DNA of 64,000 nucleotides, from positions 62,001 through 126,000 of the forward strand of contig JALMLS010000216.1 in NCBI GenBank assembly GCA_038496445.1, in the 5' to 3' direction. The position numbers were made by a program, and so were the translations under genes. Each line of letters starts with the position of its first letter. Position 1 is the stretch's first letter. Below the pieces are notes generated by a model, which saw only the letters and a list, made by a program, of their open reading frames with translations, was not told where the DNA came from and did no database searches. Positions 51,009 to 63,028 of this stretch are shown here, piece by piece. This stretch comes from Trichosphaerium sp. ATCC 40318 (taxonomy: Eukaryota; Protista; Tubulinea).

Positions 51009-51988
51009 GCAATACAAACAACACGATGCAAACTACTACTCAAAAATCAGTTAATCCGTTCCTCCAACCGCCAGCATTGACTCAAGGAATGCTACTGAAC
51101 ATTAACTCACCAACTGGTTCTCCGAGGGTTGGATTAGACAGTCCGTTGCGTGCAGGTAACTTGCCTTTCGTGTAGCGCCATATTTAACAAAAAACTCCAA
51201 AAAACACTCACTTACGCGCTCTAGACGGAAAACCAAAAGCTACTATTTACAAGTTCACTATCAAAGAGAAAGTGTTCTCAATGAGCAGATCATTTAGTAT
51301 CTACAACGCCGCAGGGACAAAAATATTCAAGTATAAAGGAAAAACAGGTTCAAACCTTAACTATACAATGTATGACGCAAAGGAAAAGGTTATATGTACT
51401 CTTGTTCAGAAGGTAAGGATTATTTTCGCAAAACGAAGATTCATTTTCATAAATTATAACTGGGATATCCAAAAAAAGCCTTTTTGGGCTGTACTTTACG
51501 TCACAGTTTTTTATCACGTCAAACATACCAAAATGTAAGCTAATGTGTATTTAGAGAGAAGGTATGGCGATAACTTATACAATCACAGTCAGAGGGAAAA
51601 AATACGCAACTATTAAACAAAAAATGTTTACATTGAAATCTAAAATTATTGTGAATTGTGAAGATGGAAGTGAGTTAAGATTTACAGGCGGTGGGTTCCT
51701 TCACCATTCTTACGGAATTGCAAAGTAAGCAGTTTTTTTTAATCTATTATTTATAAAATAGCATTTGACACTAATACTGCTCGCAGGAATGGAGAAAATG
51801 TTTGTCGAGTTATAAAAAAAGGAAAATTTGTCAGACGTGACCAATACCGTACGTAAAAATCCCCGCCTCAAAAGCATGTACACATACTTACTATAATTAT
51901 AGAAGTATATATGAATCCAACAGGCCATGATGAAGTCGCTGGGTTGTTGTCATGCCTAGTGTTGATAGACTCAACTCACAAAGAGTAA
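51009..51988 (+). CDS. LURP-one/tubby-C (scramblase-like) protein; start uncertain
   Basis: FTIKEKVFSMSRSFSIYN, YATIKQKMFTLKSK and YMNPTGHDEVAGLLSCLVLID. Confidence 0.72.
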
Positions 51989-52013
51989 AATGTAAAATAC
52001 ATTGTAAATAACT

Positions 52014-53032
52014 TTACATGGCTGTTCTACCACCATCAACGAGAATAGACTGTCCTGTCATGAAAGCGCTCTCGTCTGAAGCAAGAAATACTATTGGACC
52101 CCCCAGATCTACAGGAGTTGCAACTCTATTCAAAAAAGAAATCAACTTTTTTAGGTGTAAATATGTAAATAAAAACTAACAAAGTCGATTTCATACCGTT
52201 TTAAGAATTGAGTCTTACAAACATGTTCTAGTAATTCTTCTTTTCCCCACGTTGGATGTGCTTTCCACGTAGCAGGAGTTTCTATAGCACCAGGACATAG
52301 TGTATTCACTCTTATATTGTACTTGCCATAATCCTTCTCGTGTAAGAAAACAGAATGAAATGAGAAACTAAGTGAGATTACCATAGCCATACATCTTGTC
52401 ATGCCAAGTACTGCAGACTTTACAGTATTGTAGGGAATGAAATTATTTTGTCCTATGAAACTACTGATAGACCCCATGTTAATTATACTCCCTTGTAAGT
52501 TAACAAAGACAACGTAGTAATTTTTTTTAAGTTTACCTTTTTTTGCTTTTTTCATGTAAGGGAGCACAGCCTTTGCTGTGAATGCATAACCTTTGATACC
52601 CACTAAAAGACCAAGGTGTCAGCATGTTTAAAAAGTATTTTTATGATTGGCGGTACCAGCAAGAACTTTATCCCAGTCAGACTCAGACGCCTGCTCGACA
52701 TTGCCAAATATGAACAGTGTCGCGTTATTGATTAGAACGTCTATGCGATTGTACCGGGTGTAAATGTCATTCACCCACATCTGACTCAAACAATCAAGGG
52801 CTAATGGTCGAGTTCAACGCACCTGCACTTGTTTTTCATTTGACACGTCTACACGCGCGAAGACGGCTTTCCCACCGCTTGCTACTATCTTATCAACGCA
52901 TGCTTGTCCCGTCTCAGCGCAAATGTCTGATAGGCATACTATAGCTCCTTCTGAAGCACATTTGCGAGCCATTTCATACCCAATCGCGCCGCCACCACCT
53001 GTAAGGAGAATAACGAATCCATTCAACCGCAT
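52014..53032 (-). CDS. Short-chain dehydrogenase/reductase
   Basis: TGGGGAIG, DVLINNA, GSIINMGS, YNTVK, IRVNTLCPG and TGQSILVDGG. Confidence 0.95.
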
Positions 53033-53162
53033 GCTTTAAGCCAGAAGTAATTTAAAACAAATAAACTGACTAAAAGTGCTTAACCTTAGCCAGAATTTAT
53101 AAATTACCTTAGCGGAGGACGTGCACACTAGATTGCATACTGTGGGCTATTGTGTCCATTGG

Positions 53163-54000
53163 ATGGAAAAGTCTAATGCTGTAGATCAGGAGAATCATGT
53201 TGGAGTGGGTGATACATTAGCTAGTGTGCGTATTTAACCAACATAATACAAAATTAATGCGCCTTTAGATAGAAGTAGGTCTGCAATCGCTTAGACGCGA
53301 GTCTGGTCGTAATAAGCAGCTGTGGTAAGCCACAACGCTCTTTTATATATAAATTACTGTAAAACCTAACGGCTACCGCATTGCGGGAGCTCTGCTCCAT
53401 TTTATACGCCAGTAACGCACTACAATGTGTTTGTGAGACGTGGATAGCATACCTTCTAATTGAAGCCATAGGGCAAAGTACGAGTATCACGTTACTAGAG
53501 TTATCAACAGAGCACAGGAGGAAGCAAAAAAAACCAAGCAATTGCAAAGAATGTTACAAGCGATAGGAGAAAAGGTACAGTAGCATGATACAAGAACCGC
53601 GGAGCGTAAACAAATTTGGGAGGCGTCAAATTGCTTCTTTTTTTTTATTTGGTACAAACTAAAGTCCAAAACCAACATATACGCCTAGCGTAAAGAGTTT
53701 GATGAAGAAGTATCAGGGATAGAAGCCGATCGTGATATAAGGCTTGAGAATATCGCATTTGCTAAAAGGGAACGTGCCAATCTTCTAAGAGAAGTAAAGA
53801 TAAAGCGAGAGGAGTTATTAAAGGTGTTAGAGGAACGAGTACGGAAGAAATATTTGTTTTTTTGATTTTTTTTTTGTTTTTTTTTGCGTTACATTTATTT
53901 GTGCACTTTACAATGAACTAATGATATCAGAAGCAAGCGTATGGTAAGATTCAAAAGGAACAAGACCGCCAGCTGATGTTTGTATATTTTTCGCAGCTGA
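53163..54000 (+). CDS. Small coiled-coil hypothetical protein (ends approximate)
   Basis: Phase-compatible exons AQEEAKKTKQLQRMLQAIGEK|RKEFDEEV...VLEER|KQAYGKIQKEQ. Confidence 0.55.
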
Positions 54001-54271
54001 CGCTTTGCGTATTGACTGTTGCTATCGCTATCCCGCTCATATTTGAGTTGTAAATTACGTTTAGTGTAGGCGTTTTTGTAATTATACACATTGACAATAA
54101 TTTCAGCGTTTCGTTAGTTTTGTCAATTTCCACCTCGAGATTTTTCACTTTTTGGTCAATTGTTTGAAATCTGGTACATAACGAAGTAATCGTATACCGC
54201 TAGACTATTGTAGTGTGAAGTGTGCTCATGTCACTGGCATTTGTTCGTTTATCAAAAAGGGTGTAGTGAAA

Positions 54272-56219
54272 ATGCGCCACGCTGGTTTGATACGTAGTGG
54301 AAGCCAGCAAGTGAGACGTTATCACGCTCAGTAAGTAGTTCTAGTCACTTTCTCGTTTAAAACAACTCTAACTACTCCTAAGAAGCGTTGGCTGTGATGT
54401 CAACGTGTTTAGAGCGAAGTTTGATGAACTAGCTGCCGAATTACAGATAAAAGCGCTTGATGAGTGGTACAAGTTCGGATATAGAGATATAGTGAAACGT
54501 GGTGCAAGTGGCATTTTGTGCGTTTGAGTTTGTTCGTTATTTTCTTAACAATGCGTAGACGACGTTATGGTGAATCAATATCGTCTTGCCTTGGTCATTT
54601 ATACCCTGAGCATGACTGGGAGCTCTGGCAGTTTAAGTAAGAAGATGCATTACTTTGAAGAGATACTTACATTTTACTGTAGAGTTGTTCCAATGAAACA
54701 CTGGTTCTCTCATTCAAATCAAAGAGAAAAGCTTGACCAAACAGCGAAAGCATTGCGTGTGAAGAGCTTAGATGATTGGTACAGTGTGAGCACTAAAATG
54801 GCTATCCAGAATGGCGCATGGGGCGTTTTGTACGAAATTCAAACTTCAAGTGCTTATGTGCAAATAACATCGTTCAGGTCGAGCCACGGAGGTTCATTGG
54901 CTACCAGCCTTGCTTTTGTATATCCAAGCTTCGAATGGGAACAATACCGTTTCGTGTAAGTCCAAAACAAATACACGTGAGTAACACGTGATTAATTTTT
55001 TTCCGCTGTCCTGAACAGAAATGCTCCTCAACGCTACTGGAATAATATCGAAAATCAACGGAGTGCTTTGAATGCACTTGAAAAGGAATTAGACATAAAA
55101 ACTTTTGAAGGATGGTATAACGTACAAGCGAAGGATATTCCTTTATCTCTCTTTCGGTACGTGTATTTTTACTTTTTTTGGCTTGTGCTCGCTATCCTCG
55201 TAGTAGATATTAACGCGCTCATTGTAGATATTACGGATCTGTTTCAAAGCTTCTTGAAGCGCTTAGACCTACCATTTCTTGGGATACAAAGAGATTTGTT
55301 ACTAGGACACCAATAAACTTTTGGACTAGTGAAGAGAACCAAAAATCTTTTTTGAAAAGAGCACGAGATGCTTTGAGTATATCTAGTCCAGAACAATGGT
55401 GCGCATTTTTAAAAAAAAACCATCAAATACGTGGAGCAAGATGAGCTAAAGAAATTTATAGGTACAGAGTTTCTCAAACTCAATTGAAAGCTCTTGGTGG
55501 TCAAGGATTAAAGAAATACTGGCCTTATGCTCTCAAACTCGTAGATCCTCATTTCGTATGGGATTGGGGCCAGTTTGTACTTTGTGGTAAAGCATCTAAT
55601 CAAAGGTACAATAAAGTCAGCAACTCATTTTTAGTAACAATAACTATCTAGAATTTTGGTGTGTTGCATTCGGTCGTTGTTCACAGATTCTACTGTATTG
55701 GAAGAGCATGTAATAGACACTACAATTGCTAGTAGAAAGGGTTTGTATGTAGACGTGTATGTTCCTGAGTATAACCTCGCGTTTGAGTATCAAGGTACGC
55801 CAAAATGGCTCTTGTTTTTGTTGTTAGCTTATGTTCATCCAGGAGAACAACATTATCGTGATTTTATATTTAAAGGTCATTATACATCTCAGCAGTGTAT
55901 AAGAGACTCTGAGAAACTTCAGATCTGTAAAGAGTCGGGTATTTGCCTCATAGTTGTTCCATACTGGTGGGATGGAAACATAAATAGTTTGAAGGTTCTT
56001 TAGCATTTATTTTGTTCGGCAAACACTTTTGACTAATGCTGTCCGTATAGGCTACAATCAATACTTATCACCCTCACTTGAGATTCCCAATTCCTTATGA
56101 CGCATCAGCGCTATCAGAACAAGAAGACAATACAGAGAGCAACTGTACTGTTTAGCTGAGTTTGCTTCAACTTATTCTTTTATGTAGCAATAGGTTTAAT
56201 GGGTCCCGTGTCTTACTAA
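54272..56219 (+). CDS. Predicted mitochondrial protein with four Trp-rich helical repeats and a C-terminal PD-(D/E)xK (VSR/RAP-like) nuclease; 3' end approximate
   Basis: N-terminus MRHAGLIRSGSQQVRRYHA; repeats W....NQR..L..L...L.I...D.WY; VDVYVPEYNLAFEYQGEQHY...RDSEK...GICLIVVPYWW. Confidence 0.78.
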
Positions 56220-57104
56220 GATGAGAGATTATATCATGCTCAGTTATTGTCAATTTACTAGGGTGTGAGTTAAATAATCGAAATAGAACATTTGTGAGGG
56301 TGCGGTTTTTATTCTCTGTACTTTTTTTTACTGAAACAATACGTAGCCAGTCCCTTATATAAATGCGATTGCAGTATTTCGAAGATTGGAAAACAGCTAC
56401 TATTTGTAAAGGTTTGCTTCAATTTACAATTACATTGGTTTAATGACTCTCCGTAGCTCAAGACATATTGAGGATTAGTACCACTCAGTGAAATCACAGC
56501 GTTACTGGTTTTAGTTTCAAACACGTCACTAAAGTGAAAAACAGTCATCTGAAAGAAAAGACGCCTTTGTGATGTCTGCTAAGTTGACAAGCTACGAGTA
56601 CCGTGCTCATTTATGTCCGTATGCGCAGCAAGGAGAATGGCATGTGTATCACTAATGCTAATAAAAGTTCCGTCTGTATCAAATAGCTACAAGGGCTTGA
56701 CACGTTGATATCAACGTGACAGTGATTTTACCTATTACATCGCGGAGCCAAAAGCTTGTACAGAGCCCTTACTCGCTTACATTCGTTGTCCCACATTTTC
56801 GCGAACAGATGCGAACCAATACAAGACACGTGTAGGCAAAAACTAAAACTAGTATCAAATTAACCTCTTGAAAGCACGTGACAATGTTCTTGGAGCCAGA
56901 ATTGTATTAAAACATCTAGTTCTAAAAAGCGTTATATCATTTGCACGTGCTTGGGCTTATTTGCAGTACGGTTGATGACGTTTTATTTTTTTGATACAAC
57001 ATCTGTTTATTCGGTCGAGTATACTTTTACATAGATGTACTAGCAATTGTAGGTGATATTGAACGGTAATTCTGATTTTTATTGAAGCGGTTTATTGCTT
57101 ATCT

Positions 57105-57452
57105 CTACTTTTTACAAGCACTGACTTTCTTAGCTAGAAGGGTTTCCTTGTGCGTAGCAGGGGTGTATGGGGTGTTTTTAAAGCTAATCGTATCGCCGTT
57201 GTTCAAAACAGTCTCGCTTATACCTTTGGTAGCTGCAACGCCGTTGTAGAAAAACTCCCAGTACATGCCTTTGTTAGGAAGGTCAAAGACGCCGTTGATC
57301 ATGTTTACCATGTATCCAAGCTCGCTTCCAAAGTAGCTAACGCCAAATCTGAAACCTCCAGCGTAAGCACCTTCCATTGCTTGTTGCGCAGTCATTCCAC
57401 TCGCCCATTTGGCAGTATAGGTGTTCGAATCTACTATAACTTTGACAGACAT
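57105..57452 (-). CDS. DUF4430 (transcobalamin-like C-terminal) domain protein, intronless
   Basis: LGYMVNMING...YWEFFYNG....GISETVLNNGDTISF. Confidence 0.8.
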   Translation of the reverse strand: MSVKVIVDSNTYTAKWASGMTAQQAMEGAYAGGFRFGVSYFGSELGYMVNMINGVFDLPNKGMYWEFFYNGVAATKGISETVLNNGDTISFKNTPYTPATHKETLLAKKVSACKK

Positions 57453-57989
57453 GATGACAGTATTGTTTGTTATGTGTTGATAGTTGTTTGTGTGGGCGTT
57501 GTAGGTCAAGATTGGTCGATTGTTACTAATAAATAATCATTTACTTGGTTTCAATGAAAAAAATGCCATCTGGAAGGAGAATAGGAATTGAGGAAACTTT
57601 TAGGTTTACTATTGGTAGTACTTGCAAGTTATGTGTCGGTCTCTCTTGTAACTGTGTTAAAGCCAGTAATATTACCTGAACAATTTTCAGGTGCTATGTG
57701 AAAAACACGAGTGGTTCACGTGACCAATATTAATTTGAGCGTGTGACCACCTGAGGGAGCTGCTTGACCTTGTGTAACTTCTGGGGTGTAACGCTTTGCC
57801 TACAAACTGTTTTGTTTCATAACGAGAGTAGCACTTCGAAACGTTATCCGGGTCAACATCGAACCTTTTTGAACCTACAATGAGATTGTGCTGCTTGACC
57901 CTCTGTTCGACGCAAACGGCAACCTTTTGAAGGCACTTTGTACGTAATCGCACTCCAATACCTCAGTTGTTAAACTCTTACTTACTTTT

Positions 57990-59918
57990 TTATGATACAA
58001 GGAGTTCGAAGTATTGGTCTCGTGCTCCTTTTGAGCTCATAACTACAACAGAAGGTTTTTTTTATTGTTATGTATAATTTATAGCTTTCTGTATTTTACT
58101 TAACGCTCCAAGGGCTCCTAAAGGAATACCGATATTGTGTTCACCCTTTATAGAGCAATTCGCTGGGTTTATCCGAATAGCAGAGGCATGTTCTTTACTT
58201 TCATCAGTACACAATAAATCTACTTCCAGTCTAAGCGAATGTAGAGAAAGACCACATCCTAAAAAATATCGTTAGGGCGTTGCGCTAGTAACTCTAAAAC
58301 AAATAACTGGCGTGGAGGTAAAATTTTTGTTCATTGTAGTGAGTGAAGGAGGTACCAATATCGAAAACAGCGAGTTTGCTTCTTTTTATGTTTGAATTAT
58401 TTTTATCAGACTTTAACCCATAGAATGGTCCGTATACTCCTTTAAGCCATCTCTTAAACCTTTTCTTTTGTGCTTTACTTCTAGATGCAACCCATGTAAG
58501 ATTTGTATCCTAAAAATAGATCAGTGAACACGTGATTAATGACAAAAAAAAAAGATGAAAAAGTTCAGATTGAGCGTACGCCGAACATTGATACGTTTGG
58601 TCGTGCTATGCTGCCACATTCAGGACACATTGGTACATCTCCTTTTAGTTGTAAATCTTTATCACTTTTTGGAAAAGACGCGCTAGCAATGCGCCAAACA
58701 TGATGACATTGTTCATTGACACATTGTAAATGAAGTAAACATCCTAGGCACCCAGGTGAGCTAGAACAAGAACAAAAAAAACAAACTAAGCTCGTCTTTT
58801 TTTGTGAGAAAGTTGGCGCGTACCATGTGCTTCAAATACTTTTTCATCTGCGAAACCAGCTTTTTGAAATTGACTGTCTATGTTACTTGTAAAAACAAAA
58901 TAATTATCATTCTTAGACCGGCATATATCTAAAAAATCGATTGGTAAGATACAAACCAATTGACATCCAAAAAAAAAAAAGAACTAAACAACATTATTCA
59001 TACCACGCAAAATTCGGAATCCCTAAAGCTCTCGCATTAGTGCTTAAATTAAAATATTATTAATAATGACTTATACTCACATCATGAGGCTTTGCTGAAT
59101 GATATAGTTCTGCTCTATGTCCATAAAATCCCCAAGCAGCACGTGGTTTCTACCAGAATTAAAACTTTGTAACAGTCGATTTAAATTAAAATCTGTGTCA
59201 CGTGTGACACGCACATTTTCAAACCAGTCAGGATGAGACATCCCCTCCAGGCTAAGTCCAGCATCTTTCAATTTAGGGTATGCTGCGATGATAATAAGTT
59301 TTAAAGGAGGCAAGATTTGTCGCTCCTGTACAGGTACGTACCTCTCCAAAAGCCGTTTGGCCCTCTATAATCTGGTAGACCTGAATCTACACCAATACCT
59401 AACGGCGTTTGAGTTATGCTATAGGGAAGACGCCAGATAGATTTTGAAGAAACGTCAAGCGTACCTGCACCAGCAACAATCAAAATGGCATCGGCTTCTT
59501 GAACTATTTTGGCGGCAGATTTGATTTTGTCTTCTTCTGATAGAGTCGCTAAATTATTGCGTAAGTACTACTAACGCCAAATTATGCATTTATCAGTGCG
59601 TACTATCGCCTTTTGATAGCGTTGGAGATTGCACAAACCAAGATTAAAATCAGCAACGTTATAACAACTGGTAGTTGTACCACGTATTTACTACTTCGTT
59701 TTCTTCGTTCCCTAGCATGCTTGGGTCTGTTTTTAAAAATGTAAATAACTACAAGCCATAAAAACATGTATTGTACCTAGATTTGGTTTTATCTTATCGT
59801 GGTTAGACGACCATATGATCTTATGGGGTTGTAAATGAGATGTAAGCCATTCGACGTCTAGGAATTTATCTCTGTCTTCTTCAGCGAAGGGAAGGCACTC
59901 GTCATCGCTAGAATCCAT
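57990..59918 (-). CDS. Sirtuin (SIR2 family) of a bacterial-like subgroup
   Basis: GAGIGVDSGLPDYRGPNGFWRAYP, GFYGHR, VFTSNIDSQFQKAGF, EAHG, LQC..C...CPECG and ARPNVSMF. Confidence 0.92.
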
Positions 59919-60300
59919 TGTTGGACCTTTGTATTGTTATTTAACAGTTAAGTGACATGTCGCACTTGTGCGCTGCTTCTTATGTTCTACTTGCTCGCTT
60001 AGATCTCCACTAGGTGCTCTCTTCATTTTTAAGGTATATTTAACCAATGAAACACTTAACAAATACCGAATTGACGTTCATTTTTAATGCACTTAAACAA
60101 TATTCAATGAACAAAAGACAAACTGTGTTTTATGCGTTTCTTGCTGTCTTTAGGAGTTGTTTCTTGTAAGAGGTAGTATACACAATAAGTACAAGCTTAT
60201 TTATTGATTGGCACCTCTGTTGTGTTTGTGTCCATTAGATAGCAAAGGATACTTTTGCTGGTTTTTTTTCTTATTTTTTTCTACAACGAAATACAACGTG

Positions 60301-62393
60301 CTACCAAAAGTTGCACATTCCTCCTCGCTTTTCTAAAAGTATACTGTTTTCGAGTCTAACACCAACAAACTCTTTTTTAGCTCGAAGAGCTACAATGGTG
60401 CCACCAGTGGTGCATTCTAACAAAAGATAAGTAGCTAAACTACAAAACCTGTTAGTACGTACCTTCAATTTTGTCGTAGTATTTCTCAACCACATGATAA
60501 AGTTCTCTCTTAAAATAGTCATGTATAAGAATCACTGATTCAGGGTGAATATACGCAAGTGCAATACTACAACAGTAAGTAACGACATTGGCTATTTTAG
60601 GCATTTTTTGTCATCGTACAGAGCGCAAGAGATTCGAGCACGGCCATCAATAAACACTGTATCAAATTTTTTGACACCTAGTTTGTCTATTGTCTCTAAG
60701 TACGGAGTCCATTTACAATGATCTGCTGATGATGACACAAGTTCAAGTTTGTCCTCTAAACAAGGTCAAAACGTGAAGATTACTAGTTACATTGTCGTAC
60801 GTTCTGTAGCGTTTACTGGTACACAGTGTAGTTCTATTTTTTCATCTAGTTCAATTGCATTGATATAAGAACCAATTCTATTACACCACAGTAACTCATG
60901 TTCTATAGCATACGCTTTTTTACAGAGAGGAGCATAATGAAAAGTACTACCACCTGTTCCCCACTCCAAATATATTTTATCAGCTCCTAGAAGTATGAAA
61001 GATTAAAATCAGTAAAAACAAGTTTCACACTATACCCATATACTTTTTGGCGAACTCTTGTTCATCTTGTGACATGTCAGCAGGAGGATATTGGATTTTT
61101 GCTTGGTCTATTGAACTGGAAAAAACTTTGTATTTGTTGGATACATGAGGCACGTGAGGTTTGATCTTTGCCCAATAATCTATTAAGTCAACATCTGCTT
61201 TCTCTATTGTAGACCATGTCATCTTTTGGTTCATGAGTGGTCTAGGTGCCGCTTTTGCTATTTTTTTAAAAAACATCCCTTCAGGAAAGGTATCAAGGAA
61301 ATTGTCCAGAGCTTGCCAGAAATGTATACGGTGTAACTTTAGACGACCCTAAAATCTCAATAAGGTTGTTGAACACGTTAATTAAAAGACTCGTACGTCC
61401 AGTGTGAAAGGGTTATGAGGGTATAAAATGATGCTTGCTTTCTTTAGTTTTTTAAATTTTTCTTTGAAGTCATCTGCCATTTCTGAAGCCCTGTATAAAC
61501 TAGTTGCAATTTTTTGAGGTACATTAATATGATATACGCCAGAAGGGTTCGTTGGATCAAGCATAGATAAGCCTATATGCCACATTATATTTGTACAAGC
61601 AAAACAAAAAGCAAACCTTCAACTTTTATTGCTTCTTCTTGCTTTTTGTCCACCACTTTTCTCTTAGTCAGTATTCAGCGTTGAACTAAGTAACGATATT
61701 TTGACTAAAAAGACAAACCTTCTTCAAATACAGCGTCAATATTTTGTAGTATGACAGCCGCAAAGTCAATAAGACAACATCTATCATATAGAGCTAATCC
61801 AACTTTAAGGTATTTATGTTGAGCGTCCTGTTAGTTCTGTTAGTGTATAATCTTATTATGTCACTTACGTCCGAGTTTTTTCTATAAACAATCATGTCAT
61901 CGATAACATCACCAATCATATCTTGTTTAACCTAGCAACAATTTGTTGAGTTTTTTTTTTGAGATTGAAAAGAATTCTGTTTTTGGATCCGCACGTGGTT
62001 TAACAGCTCTGGGTCAATGAATAATACAGTATCGTGTATTGTTTTATGCTGTTTTAATGTATGAAACGTTACAAGAGACGTCACTAGTTGTTCTTTTGAC
62101 GCTATAGGAATATAAACAGCTTAAAACGCTTTAGTTGTCTTCATACCAGCGATTGAGGCGTAGCAATAGCTGTTTATCCCTCTTTGGTTTTGTACCCTAT
62201 CAATATCTTGCGTATCTCTCGCACATATAATATCTAAGCAACAGAATCAGATGAACCAACGTTAAATTAACCACGTGGGTTCTTTTCCGTTTCAGATTCT
62301 AACAAATACTTTATTATTAATGTGGGGCGTACAGACTAGCGTCCATACTGTCGAAACAGTTACAATTGGTAAGATGCATCGTTTAATCCACAT
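60301..62393 (-). CDS. Type II membrane protein: GT8-like domain + class I SAM-methyltransferase-like domain
   Basis: N-terminal anchor MWIKRCILPIVTVSTVWTLV; GT8-like LYDRCCLIDFAAVILQNIDAVF; methyltransferase-like YLEWGTGGST...YAIEH...FDTVFIDGRARISC. Confidence 0.72.
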
Positions 62394-62602
62394 GTGAGAC
62401 CTCAAAAAAAAGCAAGTACACTAAGTCAAAACATATCAATACTAGGTTATCCAGCTGTCGTTATAACTTCTCTACAAAGGGTTAAGTAGAGGCCCTAGAT
62501 ATCAAAGCCTACAAGTTTTCTTGTAGCGCCAGTATAAGTAAGTGTATTTGCATGAGAAAAACAAATATTGAGAGGTTCCCTTATGTACTCATTGTGATGC
62601 TT

Positions 62603-62835
62603 TTGTTTTCTTTGTTTTTTGGTTTGGCTTAGCGACAAGCGCATGTGCCAATGAGACAAAAGTTGTATTCTAGATTAACCCATAACGGCGTTATCTTACT
62701 TTAGCCACCCGAACAATGTGCATTACGTAATCTTTGAGGTATTCAGAAATAGAAAACAAGAATATTAAAGAAAACATCTGTGGTTTTGCTCGTTCAAATT
62801 TTTCTTGGCTTAGAGTGATGCCCCTACGATTGAGG
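62603..62835. repeat. Dispersed repeat, copy 2 (inverted relative to 49259-49547)
   Basis: Reverse-complement match to copy 1, lacking the 59-nt insert. Confidence 0.92.
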
Positions 62836-63028
62836 TTGTTGTAATCTGGGTGTTTTCCTTGAACTTTTAGCCTGGATTTCTTGGCTATCGTTTCCGTGGA
62901 GGTTTTGATACTGATTTATTCAAAAGCCTATGTACAACGACGAGTGGCTGTTTCAATTGTTAGTTTTACGAACGTTGACAACGCTGAGGATGGTCGTAAA
63001 TACCGGGTTTTTTGGATTCAAGAAAAAT

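Noticed and set aside
53163-54000. Resemblance to IFT20
   Set aside because: The similarity is limited to generic coiled-coil residues, so no symbol was assigned.
57453-57990. Cobalamin riboswitch upstream of the DUF4430 gene
   Set aside because: No B12-box or conserved core was recognised.
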